A DNA stretch of 64,000 nt from a virus (Duplodnaviria; Caudoviricetes): IMG/VR virus record IMGVR_UViG_3300008107_000020; one strand, given 5' to 3'. This document shows positions 42,501-53,714 of this stretch, in pieces. The notes beneath the pieces were generated by a model that searched no databases, had not been told where the DNA came from, and saw only the letters and a list, made by a program, of their open reading frames with translations. The first letter of the stretch is position 1; the number at the start of each line of letters is the position of its first letter. The position numbers and the translations under genes are program-made.

Positions 42501-45500
42501 CCCGCTTGATCCAGAAGTTCCTGAAGTTGCTGATGTACCAGCGGATCCACTTGACCCACTCAATTGTGACAACCCTGATGTACCAGCGGTTCCTGAGGTA
42601 GCTGAACTACCTGAAGTTGCGGATGAACCACTATTTGCGGCTAAACCTGAAGTACCATTAGAACCTGTAGAACCAGAAGATGCTGATGTACCAGAAGATG
42701 CTGATAATGCACTTAAACCTGAAGAACCTGCGGTTCCTGACGTTGCTGAAGAACCTGAACTACCAGCAGAACTGCTTAACGCTGAACTACCAGAGGTACC
42801 TGTTGTACCACTTGTTGCGGAACTACCGCTTGTCGCAGAAGAACCGCTATTTGCAGCTAAACCTGAAGTACCATTTGTACCAGTAGAACCTGAAGATCCA
42901 CTTGAACCAGATGTACCTGAAGATTTACTTAATGCTGACGCACCATCAGTACCCGCACTACCTGAAGAACCAGAAGAACCTGATGTTCCTGAAGTCGCAG
43001 ATGTACCCGCTGAACCAGAAGAACCACTTAATTGAGACAATCCTGATGTACCAACTGTACCTGAAGTTGCGGATGAACCAGAAGAAGCTGAAGTTCCTGA
43101 AGAAGCTGAAGCCCCACTAGAACCAGCTGAACCAGTTGACCCACTTGTTCCTGAGGTTGCGGATGAACCCGCAGAACCTGAAGAACCACTATTAGCTGAA
43201 GAACCAACTGTACCAGTAGTACCTGATGTACCACTTGATGCGCTTGTTCCTGATGAACCTGAATTTGAACTTAATCCTGAAGTACCATTTGTACCTGAAG
43301 TTGCTGAAGATCCGCTTGACGCTGATGTCCCTGAAGACGCTGATGCTCCCGAAGAACCGTTAGAACCTGTAGAACCAGAGGTACCACTTGTTGCTGAACT
43401 ACCAGAAGACGCTGATAAACCAGATGAACCTGCGGTTCCTGAAGTTGCTGAAGATCCTGATGAAGCTGAACTACCAGAATTAGCTGATAAACCTGAGGTA
43501 CCATTTGTACCTGAAGTTGCTGAAGAACCAGCTGTACCACTTGTTGCTGAAGACGCTGAAGCTCCTGATGAACCACTTGTTCCTGTAGAACCAGCTGTAC
43601 CGCTTGTTGCTGAACTACCAGAAGATGCTGACAACCCACTTGAACCAGCTGAGCCAGAAGTTGCGGATGATCCTGATGTAGCAGAGCTACCACTATTTGC
43701 ACTCAACCCTGATGTACCATTTGTTCCACTTGTAGCTGAACTACCAGAAGAAGCGGATGTACCTGAAGAAGCTGAAGCACCTGAAGCACCAGCTGTACCG
43801 CTTGAACCAGAGGTACCTGAAGTTGCAGAAGAACCACTTGAAGCACTTAAACCTGAAGAACCAGCTGTACCTGAAGTAGCGGAGCTACCTGAAGTCGCTG
43901 AGGATCCGCTTAATGCGCTTAAACCACTTGTACCATTTGTTCCTGAAGTTGCGGATGAACCAGAAGATGCTGATGTACCTGAAGAAGCTGAAGCTCCTGA
44001 TGACCCTACTGAACCTGAAGAACCTGATGTTCCTGACGTAGCAGAACTACCAGAACTTGCACTCAATCCTGAAGAACCTGCGGTTCCTGAAGTTGCTGAG
44101 GATCCTGATGTGGCAGAGCTACCACTATTTGAAGATAGACCTGACGTACCAGCTGTTCCTGAAGTAGCGGAGCTACCTGAAGAACCTGATGAACCAGAAC
44201 TATTACTATTTCCACTCGAACCTGCGGTTCCTGAAGAAGCTGAACTTCCTGAAGAACCCGATGTACCACTAGTTGCAGATGACCCACTTGTAGCGGATGA
44301 TCCAGAATTAGCAGCTAAACCTGAAGTACCATTTGTACCTGAAGTTGCTGAAGATCCGCTTGACGCTGATGTCCCTGAAGATGCGCTTAAACCTGAAGAA
44401 CCAGCTGATCCAGCTGAACCTGATGTTCCTGACGTAGCAGAACTACCAGAAGATGCGCTTAAACCTGAACTACCTGATGTACCGCTTGTAGCAGAGCTAC
44501 CTGAGGTTGCAGAAGAACCTGAATTAGAACTCAACCCTGATGTACCATTTGTTCCTGAAGTTGCGGATGAACCAGAAGATGCTGATGTACCTGAAGAAGC
44601 TGAAGCTCCTGATGAACCAGCGGAACCACTTGTTCCCGAAGTACCAGAAGATGCTGAACTACCAGAAGATGCACTTAAACCTGAAGAACCAGCTGTACCT
44701 GAAGTTGCAGAAGAACCAGAGGAAGCTGATGACCCACTATTTGAGGCTAAACCTGAAGTACCATTTGTTCCACTTGTAGCTGAACTACCAGAAGAAGCTG
44801 ATGTACCAGAAGAAGCTGAAGCCCCTGAAGAACCTGATGTACCAGATGATCCTGAAGTAGCGGAAGTTCCTGAAGAACCCGCTGAACCAGAGCTACCACT
44901 ATTTGCGGCTAAACCAGAAGTACCATTTGTACCTGAAGTTGCGGAAGAACCAGAAGAAGCTGAAGTTCCTGAAGAAGCTGATGCTCCCGAAGAACCGTTA
45001 GAACCTGTAGAACCAGATGTTCCACTTGTTGCTGAAGATCCAGAAGAAGAACTTAAACCTGAAGAACCAACTGTTCCTGAGGTTGCGGATGAACCTGATG
45101 TTCCTGAAGAACCAGAGTTACTAGATAAACCGCCAGTACCATTTGTACCCGTAGAACCGCTTGAACCAGATGTTGCTGAAATAGCAGAAATACCATCAGC
45201 ACCATCAACACCGCTTGAACCAGATGTACCTGAAGAACCCGAAGAACCTGATGTTTTACTTGAACCAGCTAAACCGCTTGTACCTGTCGTACCTGAAGTC
45301 GCAGATGTACCTGAAGTTGCAGAAGAACCACTATTTGAAGATAATCCTGAAGTACCGTTTGTTCCTGAAGTTGCTGAAGATCCGCTTGATGCAGATGTTC
45401 CTGATGTTGAAGAAACACCGCTTGATCCAGCTGTACCAGAAGTTGCTGAAGAACCTGAGGTTGCTGAACTACCAGAAGATGCAGATAAACCCGAAGATCC

Positions 45501-48500
45501 TGATGTACCACTTGTAGCAGAACTACCTGAGGTTGCAGAAGAACCACTATTTGAAGATAAACCCGAAGTACCGTTTGTTCCTGAAGTTGCAGAAGAACCA
45601 GATGATGCAGACGTACCTGAAGTTGCTGAAGCACCTGAAGAACCAGCGCTACCTGTTGATCCTGATGTTCCTGATGTAGCACTTGATCCAGCTGAACCAG
45701 AAGACGCACTTAAACCAGAAGTACCAACTGTACCAGAAGTTGCTGAAGAACCTGAAGAAGCTGAAGCGCCAGAATTACCACCAGTTCCTGAAGTTCCTGA
45801 AGAACCACTTGAACCAGATGAGAATGATAATCTACTTTGACCAGCAACACCAGTTGTACCATTTGTACCAGAAGAACCAGAAGAACCTGAAGTTTCACTT
45901 AAACCACTGTTTGAACTAGCACCATTTGTACCGCTAGAACCTGAGGTTGCAGAAGAACCTGAGGTTGCGCTTGAACCACTATTTGCGGCTAAACCAGAAG
46001 TACCGATTGTACCTGAAGTTGCAGACGAACCTGAAGATGCTGCTGAACCTGATGACCCACTTTCACCACTTGAACCATTAGAACCTGATGTTCCTGAAGA
46101 ACCAGCTGTTCCTGAAGAGGCTGAGTCGCCAGAACTTCCTGATGTTCCAGTAGAGCCTGAAGCACCACTTGAACCAGATGTTCCAGTAGAACCGTTATCA
46201 CCAGAAGAACCGTTTGTTCCTGAAGAACCAGAAGCGCCTGATTCACCATTTAAACCATTTATACCTGAAGAACCTGAAGATCCAGTTGACCCTGAAGACC
46301 CACTTTCACCACTTTCACCTGAAGTACCAAAACTACCACCATCACCAGATGTACCATCGCTACCTGTAGAACCAGATTCACCCGATTGACCAGATGTCCC
46401 AAATGAGCCATCATTACCCGAAGATCCATCGCTACCTGTAGAACCAGATTCACCACTTATTCCTGAAGTTCCTGAAGAACCGTTATCACCGCTTGTACCA
46501 TCCGATCCTGTACTACCACTTTCACCGCTTATTCCTGATGTACCGTTAGAACCTTCGTTTCCTGATGTACCATCTGATCCAGTTGAACCTGATTCACCAC
46601 TTATTCCTGAAGTTCCTGAAGAACCGTTATCACCGCTTGTACCATTTGAACCAGTTGACCCAGAGTCGCCACTTACACCCGATGTACCATTAGAACCATC
46701 ATTACCTGATGTACCATCTGAACCAGTTGAACCGCTTTCACCTGATAAACCACTTGTACCGTTAGATCCGTTATTACCTGATGTGCCATCACTACCCGTG
46801 CTACCACTTTCACCTGATACACCAGAAGTTCCACTTGAACCATTATCACCAGAAGAACCATCTGAACCAGTTGATCCCGATTCTCCACTTATACCAGAGG
46901 TTCCGTTGGAGCCATCATCACCTGAAGAACCGTTAGTTCCTGAAGAACCTGAAGCTCCGCTTTCACCATTTAAACCATTTATACCTGAAGAACCTGAAGA
47001 TCCAGTTGATCCCGAAGACCCACTTTCGCCAGATTGGCCAGATGTTCCAAATGAACCATCATTACCTGAAGAACCATCTGATCCAGAGGATCCAGACTCA
47101 CCTGATATACCAGATGTTCCAAATGAACCATCATTACCTGAAGATCCATCGCTACCTGTGGAACCAGATTCACCCGATTGACCAGATGTACCGTAAGACC
47201 CATCAGCCCCACTTGATCCATCTGACCCAGTTGATCCAGACTCACCACTTATTCCCGAAGTCCCTGAAGATCCGTCATTACCTGATGTGCCATCACTACC
47301 AGTTGAACCTGATTCTCCACTTATTCCTGAAGTTCCATTTGAACCATTATCACCGCTACTACCATCACTACCAGTTGATCCAGACTCACCACTTATTCCT
47401 GAAGTCCCATTAGATCCGTCATTACCTGAAGATCCGTCTGAACCAGTTGAACCACTTTCACCTGATTGACCTGAAGTTCCGTTGGAACCATCGTTACCTG
47501 AAGACCCATCTGAACCAGTAGACCCAGATTCACCACTTATACCAGAGGTTCCAAAACTACCGTTAGCTCCTGAAGAACCGTCTGAACCAGTTGAACCTGA
47601 TTCACCACTTATACCAGAGGTTCCGTTAGAACCGTTATCACCAGAAGAACCGTTAGTTCCTGAAGAACCTGAAGCTCCGCTTTCACCATTTAAACCATTT
47701 ATACCTGAAGAACCTGAAGATCCAGTTGATCCTGAGGATCCCGATTCACCACTTTCACCTGAAGTACCAAAACTACCGTCAGCTCCTGAAGAACCATCAC
47801 TACCCGTGCTACCACTTTCACCTGATTGACCAGATGTTCCTGAAGAACCGTCATTACCTGAAGATCCGTCTGAACCTGTGCTACCACTTTCACCGCTTAT
47901 CCCTGATGTTCCAAATGAACCATCCGCTCCTGAAGAACCATCTGACCCAGTTGATCCAGACTCACCACTTATTCCTGAAGTACCATTAGATCCGTCATTA
48001 CCAGATGTACCATCTGATCCAGTAGACCCAGATTCACCTGATTGGCCAGAGGTTCCAAATGAACCGTCAGCCCCACTTGATCCATCGGATCCTGAAGACC
48101 CAGATTCACCTGATTGGCCAGAGGTTCCAAATGAACCGTCAGCCCCACTTGATCCATCGGATCCTGTAGAACCAGATTCACCTGATTGGCCAGAAGTACC
48201 AAAAGATCCATCATTACCTGAAGAACCTGAAGATCCAGTTGATCCCGATTCTCCACTTATTCCTGAAGTTCCATTAGATCCGTCATTACCTGAAGATCCG
48301 TCTGAACCTGTGCTACCACTTTCACCACTTATTCCTGAAGTCCCATTTGAGCCATTATCGCCTGATGTACCATCTGAACCAGTTGATCCTGACTCGCCAG
48401 ATTGGCCAGAAGTACCAAAAGATCCATCATTACCTGAAGACCCATCTGATCCAGTAGACCCAGATTCACCCGATTGACCAGAGGTTCCAAATGAACCATC

Positions 48501-50597
48501 ATTACCTGAAGACCCATCTGAACCTGTGCTACCGCTTTCACCCGATTGACCAGAAGTACCATTTGATCCGTCATTACCTGAAGAACCATTGGATCCGTTT
48601 GATCCCGATTCACCACTTATTCCTGAAGTTCCATCAACACCATCAACACCATCAACACCATTTGTACCAGAAGTACCACTTTCACCTGATGTACCAGATT
48701 CACCCGATGAACCACTTTCACCAGATTGGCCAGATGTACCGTTAGAACCATCCGCTCCTGAAGAACCATCTGAACCAGTAGACCCAGATTCACCACTTAT
48801 ACCAGAGGTTCCTGAAGAACCGTCATTACCACTACTACCATCACTACCAGTTGAACCAGATTCCCCTGAAGTCCCGTTAACGCCTGTTGTACCAGAATCA
48901 CCGTCCGAACCGTTAGTTCCTGAAGAACCTGAAGCTCCGCTTTCACCATTTAAACCATTTATACCTGAAGAACCTGAAGACCCAGTTGATCCTGAAGACC
49001 CACTTTCGCCAGATTCACCTGAAGTTCCATTTGAACCATTATCACCACTACTACCATCACTACCTGTACTACCACTTTCTCCACTTACCCCTGAAGTTCC
49101 TGAAGAACCATCATTACCTGATGATCCATCTGATCCTGTACTACCGCTTTCACCACTTATACCTGAAGTTCCGTTGGAACCATCGTTACCGCTTTCACCT
49201 GATGTACCATTACTGCCTGATTCACCAGAAATACCTGAAGTACCAAAACTACCATCATTACCACTTGACCCATCTGATCCTGTTGATCCCGATTCACCAC
49301 TTATACCAGAGGTTCCGTTAGAACCACTTTCTCCACTTATTCCTGAAGTTCCTGAAGAACCATCATTACCACTAGATCCGTCAGACCCTGTTGAACCTGA
49401 TTCACCAGAAATACCTGAAGTACCAAAACTACCGTCAGCTCCTGAAGAACCATCTGATCCTGTTGACCCAGATTCACCAGAAATACCAGAAGTTCCATTG
49501 GAACCATCGGCACCACTTTCACCTGAAGTACCAGTTGACCCTGATTCACCTGAAACACCTGAAGTACCATTAGAACCATCGTTACCGCTTATCCCACTTG
49601 TGCCATCAACACCATCAACACCATCAATACCATTTGTACCAGAAGTACCAGATTGACCACTCGTACCATCATTTCCTGTGCTACCAGATTCACCTGATAT
49701 ACCTGATGTTCCATTTGAACCATCCGCTCCTGAAGAACCATCTGAACCAGTACTACCAGATTCACCACTTACTCCTGAAGTCCCTGAAGATCCGTCATTA
49801 CCTGATGTGCCATCACTACCAGTTGAACCTGATTCACCACTTATACCAGAGGTTCCGTTGGAACCATCTGCTCCTGAAGAACCGTCAGAGCCAGTTGAAC
49901 CACTTTCTCCACTTATTCCTGAAGTTCCTGAAGAACCATCATTACCACTTTCACCTGATGTGCCATTACTACCACTTTCTCCACTTAAACCTGAGGTTCC
50001 GTTACTACCATCATTACCCGATGTACCATCTGATCCTGTTGACCCAGATTCGCCAGACATCCCCGAAGTTCCGTTGGAGCCATCGGCACCGCTTTCACCT
50101 GAAGTACCAGTGCTACCTGATTCACCACTTATCCCTGAAGTTCCTGAAGAACCATCATTACCACTACTACCATCACTACCATTACTACCTGATTCTCCAG
50201 AAACACCAGATGTACCATCAGAACCACTCAAACCCGAATAACCTGAAGTACCAGCTGTACCAGAAGTACCTGTTAATAAAGGTGAATATGAATATTCACC
50301 AGTAGCTGCATTAAACGACACAAAATAGTTCGGTGAACTATTTTCGGTCATTCCTGTAACAAATAACTCATTTAAAATATAAACACCCTTAAGATCTTGG
50401 GTGTTTTCCCACTGTCCAGTGGTATCGTTCCAAACTAAAATGTCCCCTTCATTGGGGCCACTAATTACAACGTCAGATAGATCATCTATTCCAAGATTTT
50501 CTATAACGTCTTTTATATTTTGGAAGTTAGCATCTAATTCCGCATAGGATAGTGCCCTTCCTAGATCGTCTCTAAGATAAATTGTTACTGTTGCCAT
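33269..50597 (-). CDS. Giant Ser/Thr-rich Gly-X-X repeat virion fibre, about 5,780 aa if repaired; present here as 37548..50597 plus a +1-frame continuation to 33269
   Basis: Fibre-type N-terminus (LR...G.AL.Y.ELD.NF; DDLSDVVI...GDILVWN...W.N), over 5,400 aa of triplet repeats, C-terminal S74 chaperone. Repeat register is continuous across the break at 37563-65. Confidence 0.85.
33700..50270 (-). repeat. Degenerate 9-nt (triplet-residue) tandem repeat array with higher-order 72-nt and 720-nt units
   Basis: G-X-X periodicity. The GINGLNGES marker recurs at + positions 46251, 46971, 47691 (exact 720-nt spacing) and 48951. Confidence 0.95.
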
Positions 50598-50664
50598 TTA
50601 TATATGTTAGTTTAAACTACTAACATATAAATAGTATCAAATACTAATAAGGCAACAGTAACAA
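50582..50664 (-). promoter_or_regulatory. Structured leader of the fibre gene with an embedded late-promoter-like TATTTATA
   Basis: Perfect inverted repeats: 14 bp (50582-95/50651-64), 11 bp (50601-11/50619-29), 6 bp (50632-37/50641-46). TATTTATA on the - strand at 50626-33. Confidence 0.7.
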
Positions 50665-50684
50665 CGTTTTTTTTTACTATTTTT

Positions 50685-53150
50685 TTATTCTGTGATGTTA
50701 ACGTTTATTTTTTCACTCTTAATATTATAAGTTAAACTTATTTTACCAGATTTAGGCATTTGTTTACGTAACATTTCGTCTGAAATCGGGTCCTCTACAT
50801 ATTTCTGTATGGTTCTTTGGATTTCCCTAGCCCCGTATAGTTTATTAAAACCTTTTTCCAAAATAAATTCTTTAGATTTTTTATCAATTTTAAATGTAAA
50901 CCCAACATTTTTTAAGTGATTTTCAAAATCCTTTAATTGTAAATCAATAATTTTAACAACATCATCTTGTGTTAGATAATTAAAATAAACAATTTCATCC
51001 AAACGATTAATAAATTCTGGTTTAAAAGTTTTCTTAAGGTTTTTTTCAATAATACTTTTTGAGTTTACAATCGCATCCGCTTCAGAATCATTAAAACCGA
51101 TTTTAGTACCAAAATCTTGAACCTCTTTCAAACCGATATTTGATGTCATGATGATAATGGTATTTTTGAAATTAATTTTTCTACCGTTAGCATCGGTTAA
51201 ATAACCCTCATCAAGTAATTGAAGCATAACATTGAAAATATCTGGGTGAGCCTTTTCAATCTCATCAAATAAAACCAAAGAATATGGTTTATTTTTAACT
51301 TTCTCCGTTAATTGACCACCTTCGTTATACCCAACATAACCTGGGGGTGCCCCAATTAACTTACTAATATTAAATTTTTCGGAGTATTCGGACATATCGA
51401 CACGGATAATAGCATCTTGAGAACCAAAAACTTTTTCAGCTAAACATTTTGCTAATTCTGTTTTACCAACACCAGTTGGTCCAATAAATAAGAATGAACC
51501 GATTGGTTTAGATTGTTTTCTAATACCAGTTCTATTTCTTTTGATTGATGAAACAACTTTATCGATTGCATCTGATTGACCAATAACACAATTAGCCAAT
51601 TCACCATCCATTGATAATAATCTTGTTACCTCATTCTCAGAGACTTTACTAACAGGTATACCCGTCATCATTGATACTACTTCGGAGATCATATCATCCG
51701 TCACAATATTTCTTTTATCATTAATCGATAACTTCCACATTGAATTTTCTTTATCTAACTCGGTAAGAATTTTTTTCTCTTGATCACGAAGCTGCGCTGC
51801 CTGCTCAAAATTTTGGGTTTTAACAACTTGTTGTTTTTGATCCTTAATCTCTTTTAACTTAAGTTCAAGATCCTTTATTTTTTGTGGTGCCTTAACCGCC
51901 ACCTGAGTTCTTGAACCAGCCTCATCCATGATATCGATAGCCTTATCAGGGAATTCCCTGTTTGTGATATAACGATCAGCCAATGCGATAATTTCATCAA
52001 TAGCCTCTTCAGTGTATGTTACTTTATGGAAATCTTCGTATTTCTCTTTAATATTCATAAGGATTTCTTTAGTCTCACTTAAGATTGGTGGGTTAACCAT
52101 AACTTTTTGGAATCTTCTATCTAAAGCACCATCCTTTTCAATATGCTCACGATATTCATCAAGAGTTGTTGCACCAATACATTGGAGTTCTCCACGGGCT
52201 AATGCGGGTTTAAATACGTTTGCAGCGTCTAACGAACCCGATGAATTACCAGCACCAACAATTGTATGTAATTCATCAATGAAAAGAATCACATTTGGGT
52301 TATCTTTAGCCTCATCAACAATAGCTTTAATTCTCTCCTCAAACTGACCACGATATTTTGTACCAGCAACCAACGATGTCATATCTAATGTTACAACACG
52401 TTTGTTCATTAGAGGCCTTGGGCAATCACCGTTCGCAATTTTAATTGCTAAACTTTCAGCGATAGCTGTCTTACCAACACCTGGATCACCAATAAGAATC
52501 GGGTTATTTTTCTTTCTTCTTGTTAAAATTTGACAAACCCTCTCAACCTCAGATGCACGACCTATTACAGGATCTAATTTACCTTCTTGTGCTAAAACAG
52601 TTAAATCACGACCAAAATTATCTAATGTCGGTGTTTTTGATTTAATATTTTTATTTGCCTCGTTTAATGGTTTCCTATCTCTAGGTAACTCATCATCATT
52701 AGAGAATACGCTGGCTTGTGGTGTTGATAATTGTTTAATTTTCTTAGCGATAAAAGTTTTTGTTAAACCATATTCCTTAAAAAGTTTAACAATCGCATTA
52801 TCTTTTTCCATTGAGATTAGAAAGAAAAGCTCAACAGTGATGTAGTCGGTTGGCTTTTTCCTTACGATACACTCTTTAATTATTTCTTGAAGATCTGACT
52901 CAAAAGGTAAGATACCATCTTGTTTACCATTAGATGAATCGGAAAGCCTCTTATTAATGTCATTTAAGTCATTAACCATCACATCAAAATCCAATACTTT
53001 GTTTTTGACAACCTCATAAATCATATTCTCAGTAGTAAGGATACCGAATATAACATGTTGTAACCTAAGCATCGAGTCATCATACTTAATTGCCACGGAT
53101 TGCCCCCTAGTAAAGGCGCTTCTTAACTCATTTGTCATTCTTTCTTTCAT
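50685..53150 (-). CDS. clpC: ClpC-type Hsp100 ATPase
   Basis: Clp N-domain; NBD1 [15 protein letters not shown]; UVR coiled coil ([15 protein letters not shown]); NBD2 [17 protein letters not shown]; IGF loop; [11 protein letters not shown]. Confidence 0.93.
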   Translation of the reverse strand: MKERMTNELRSAFTRGQSVAIKYDDSMLRLQHVIFGILTTENMIYEVVKNKVLDFDVMVNDLNDINKRLSDSSNGKQDGILPFESDLQEIIKECIVRKKPTDYITVELFFLISMEKDNAIVKLFKEYGLTKTFIAKKIKQLSTPQASVFSNDDELPRDRKPLNEANKNIKSKTPTLDNFGRDLTVLAQEGKLDPVIGRASEVERVCQILTRRKKNNPILIGDPGVGKTAIAESLAIKIANGDCPRPLMNKRVVTLDMTSLVAGTKYRGQFEERIKAIVDEAKDNPNVILFIDELHTIVGAGNSSGSLDAANVFKPALARGELQCIGATTLDEYREHIEKDGALDRRFQKVMVNPPILSETKEILMNIKEKYEDFHKVTYTEEAIDEIIALADRYITNREFPDKAIDIMDEAGSRTQVAVKAPQKIKDLELKLKEIKDQKQQVVKTQNFEQAAQLRDQEKKILTELDKENSMWKLSINDKRNIVTDDMISEVVSMMTGIPVSKVSENEVTRLLSMDGELANCVIGQSDAIDKVVSSIKRNRTGIRKQSKPIGSFLFIGPTGVGKTELAKCLAEKVFGSQDAIIRVDMSEYSEKFNISKLIGAPPGYVGYNEGGQLTEKVKNKPYSLVLFDEIEKAHPDIFNVMLQLLDEGYLTDANGRKINFKNTIIIMTSNIGLKEVQDFGTKIGFNDSEADAIVNSKSIIEKNLKKTFKPEFINRLDEIVYFNYLTQDDVVKIIDLQLKDFENHLKNVGFTFKIDKKSKEFILEKGFNKLYGAREIQRTIQKYVEDPISDEMLRKQMPKSGKISLTYNIKSEKINVNITE

Positions 53151-53170
53151 GTGCGAATATATATTTTATG

Positions 53171-53218
53171 CAAAGATAGTAATAATCTTGACATAACCAA
53201 ACTTTTTTCCTACTTTTG
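53171..53218. promoter_or_regulatory. Divergent Bacteroidota-type promoters
   Basis: - strand: TTTG (53198-201)-N19-TATCTTTG (53171-78) before clpC. + strand: TACTTTTG (53211-18) before the ORF at 53234. Confidence 0.65.
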
Positions 53219-53233
53219 TTAAAAATAAATATT

Positions 53234-53485
53234 ATGGGGAAAACAACAATCTATTTTAAGGACGGTAATTTTATCGAATACTCCGATCAGGATGTAAACA
53301 ATGTTGTATCTATGATAAGTGGTAACCATTTAATTGTAACAACAAAGTCAACAGAAGAAACTGATAATGGGCCAGTTATCATTAATAATACAATTGTATA
53401 TGAGTTGGATAAGATAAAAAACTTTGTAAAAATAACACCAACAATAAAATTTAACATCGAAGAAGATCATGTCAGTAACAAGTAA
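53234..53485 (+). CDS. Hypothetical protein (ATG at 53234 preferred to TTG at 53216)
   Basis: The TTG at 53216 lies inside the -7 promoter motif; the ATG has an A-rich leader. Confidence 0.55.
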   Translation: MGKTTIYFKDGNFIEYSDQDVNNVVSMISGNHLIVTTKSTEETDNGPVIINNTIVYELDKIKNFVKITPTIKFNIEEDHVSNK

Positions 53486-53711
53486 ACAGTATTTGGGTGA
53501 AAACGTAGTAGTTTCGTATGAAAGCTCAAATATCAAAGAAGGTAAGTACAATACAAACACTAAAAAACTACAAGTAACATTTAATAATGGTGCAATTTAT
53601 GAGTATGATGATGTGCCCCATGAAACATTTGCCGCAATGAATTTAGCTGAAAGTCAGGGTAAATATTTTAACGCTAATATAGCAAAAGCATACACCTATA
53701 GAAAAATTTAA
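53469..53711 (+). CDS. KTSC domain protein
   Basis: SSNIKEGKY.....LQVTFNNGAIYEYDDVP......AESQGKYFNANI. Confidence 0.9.
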   Translation: MSVTSKQYLGENVVVSYESSNIKEGKYNTNTKKLQVTFNNGAIYEYDDVPHETFAAMNLAESQGKYFNANIAKAYTYRKI

Positions 53712-53714
53712 CCT

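Noticed and set aside
33691-49579. Off-frame - strand ORFs rich in VLQVHQ/LVQMV, including the first 33 aa of the listed 33269..37663 ORF
   Set aside because: Alternative-frame readings of the same repeat. The N-terminus of the 1464-aa ORF is simply the wrong frame before the deletion junction.
33700-50270. Ice-nucleation protein or SecA2-type serine-rich-repeat adhesin
   Set aside because: No InaZ AGYGST 16-mer, no SAS-dipeptide repeat, no signal peptide or LPxTG; the S74 domain and fibre-type N-terminus point to a virion protein.
33711-50305. Many long + strand ORFs (PEVPEEP..., up to 576 aa) and MYHL/LKNLK-type ORFs
   Set aside because: Antisense shadows of the Gly/Ser/Thr codon repeat; they have no independent starts or domains and are broken wherever particular codons occur.
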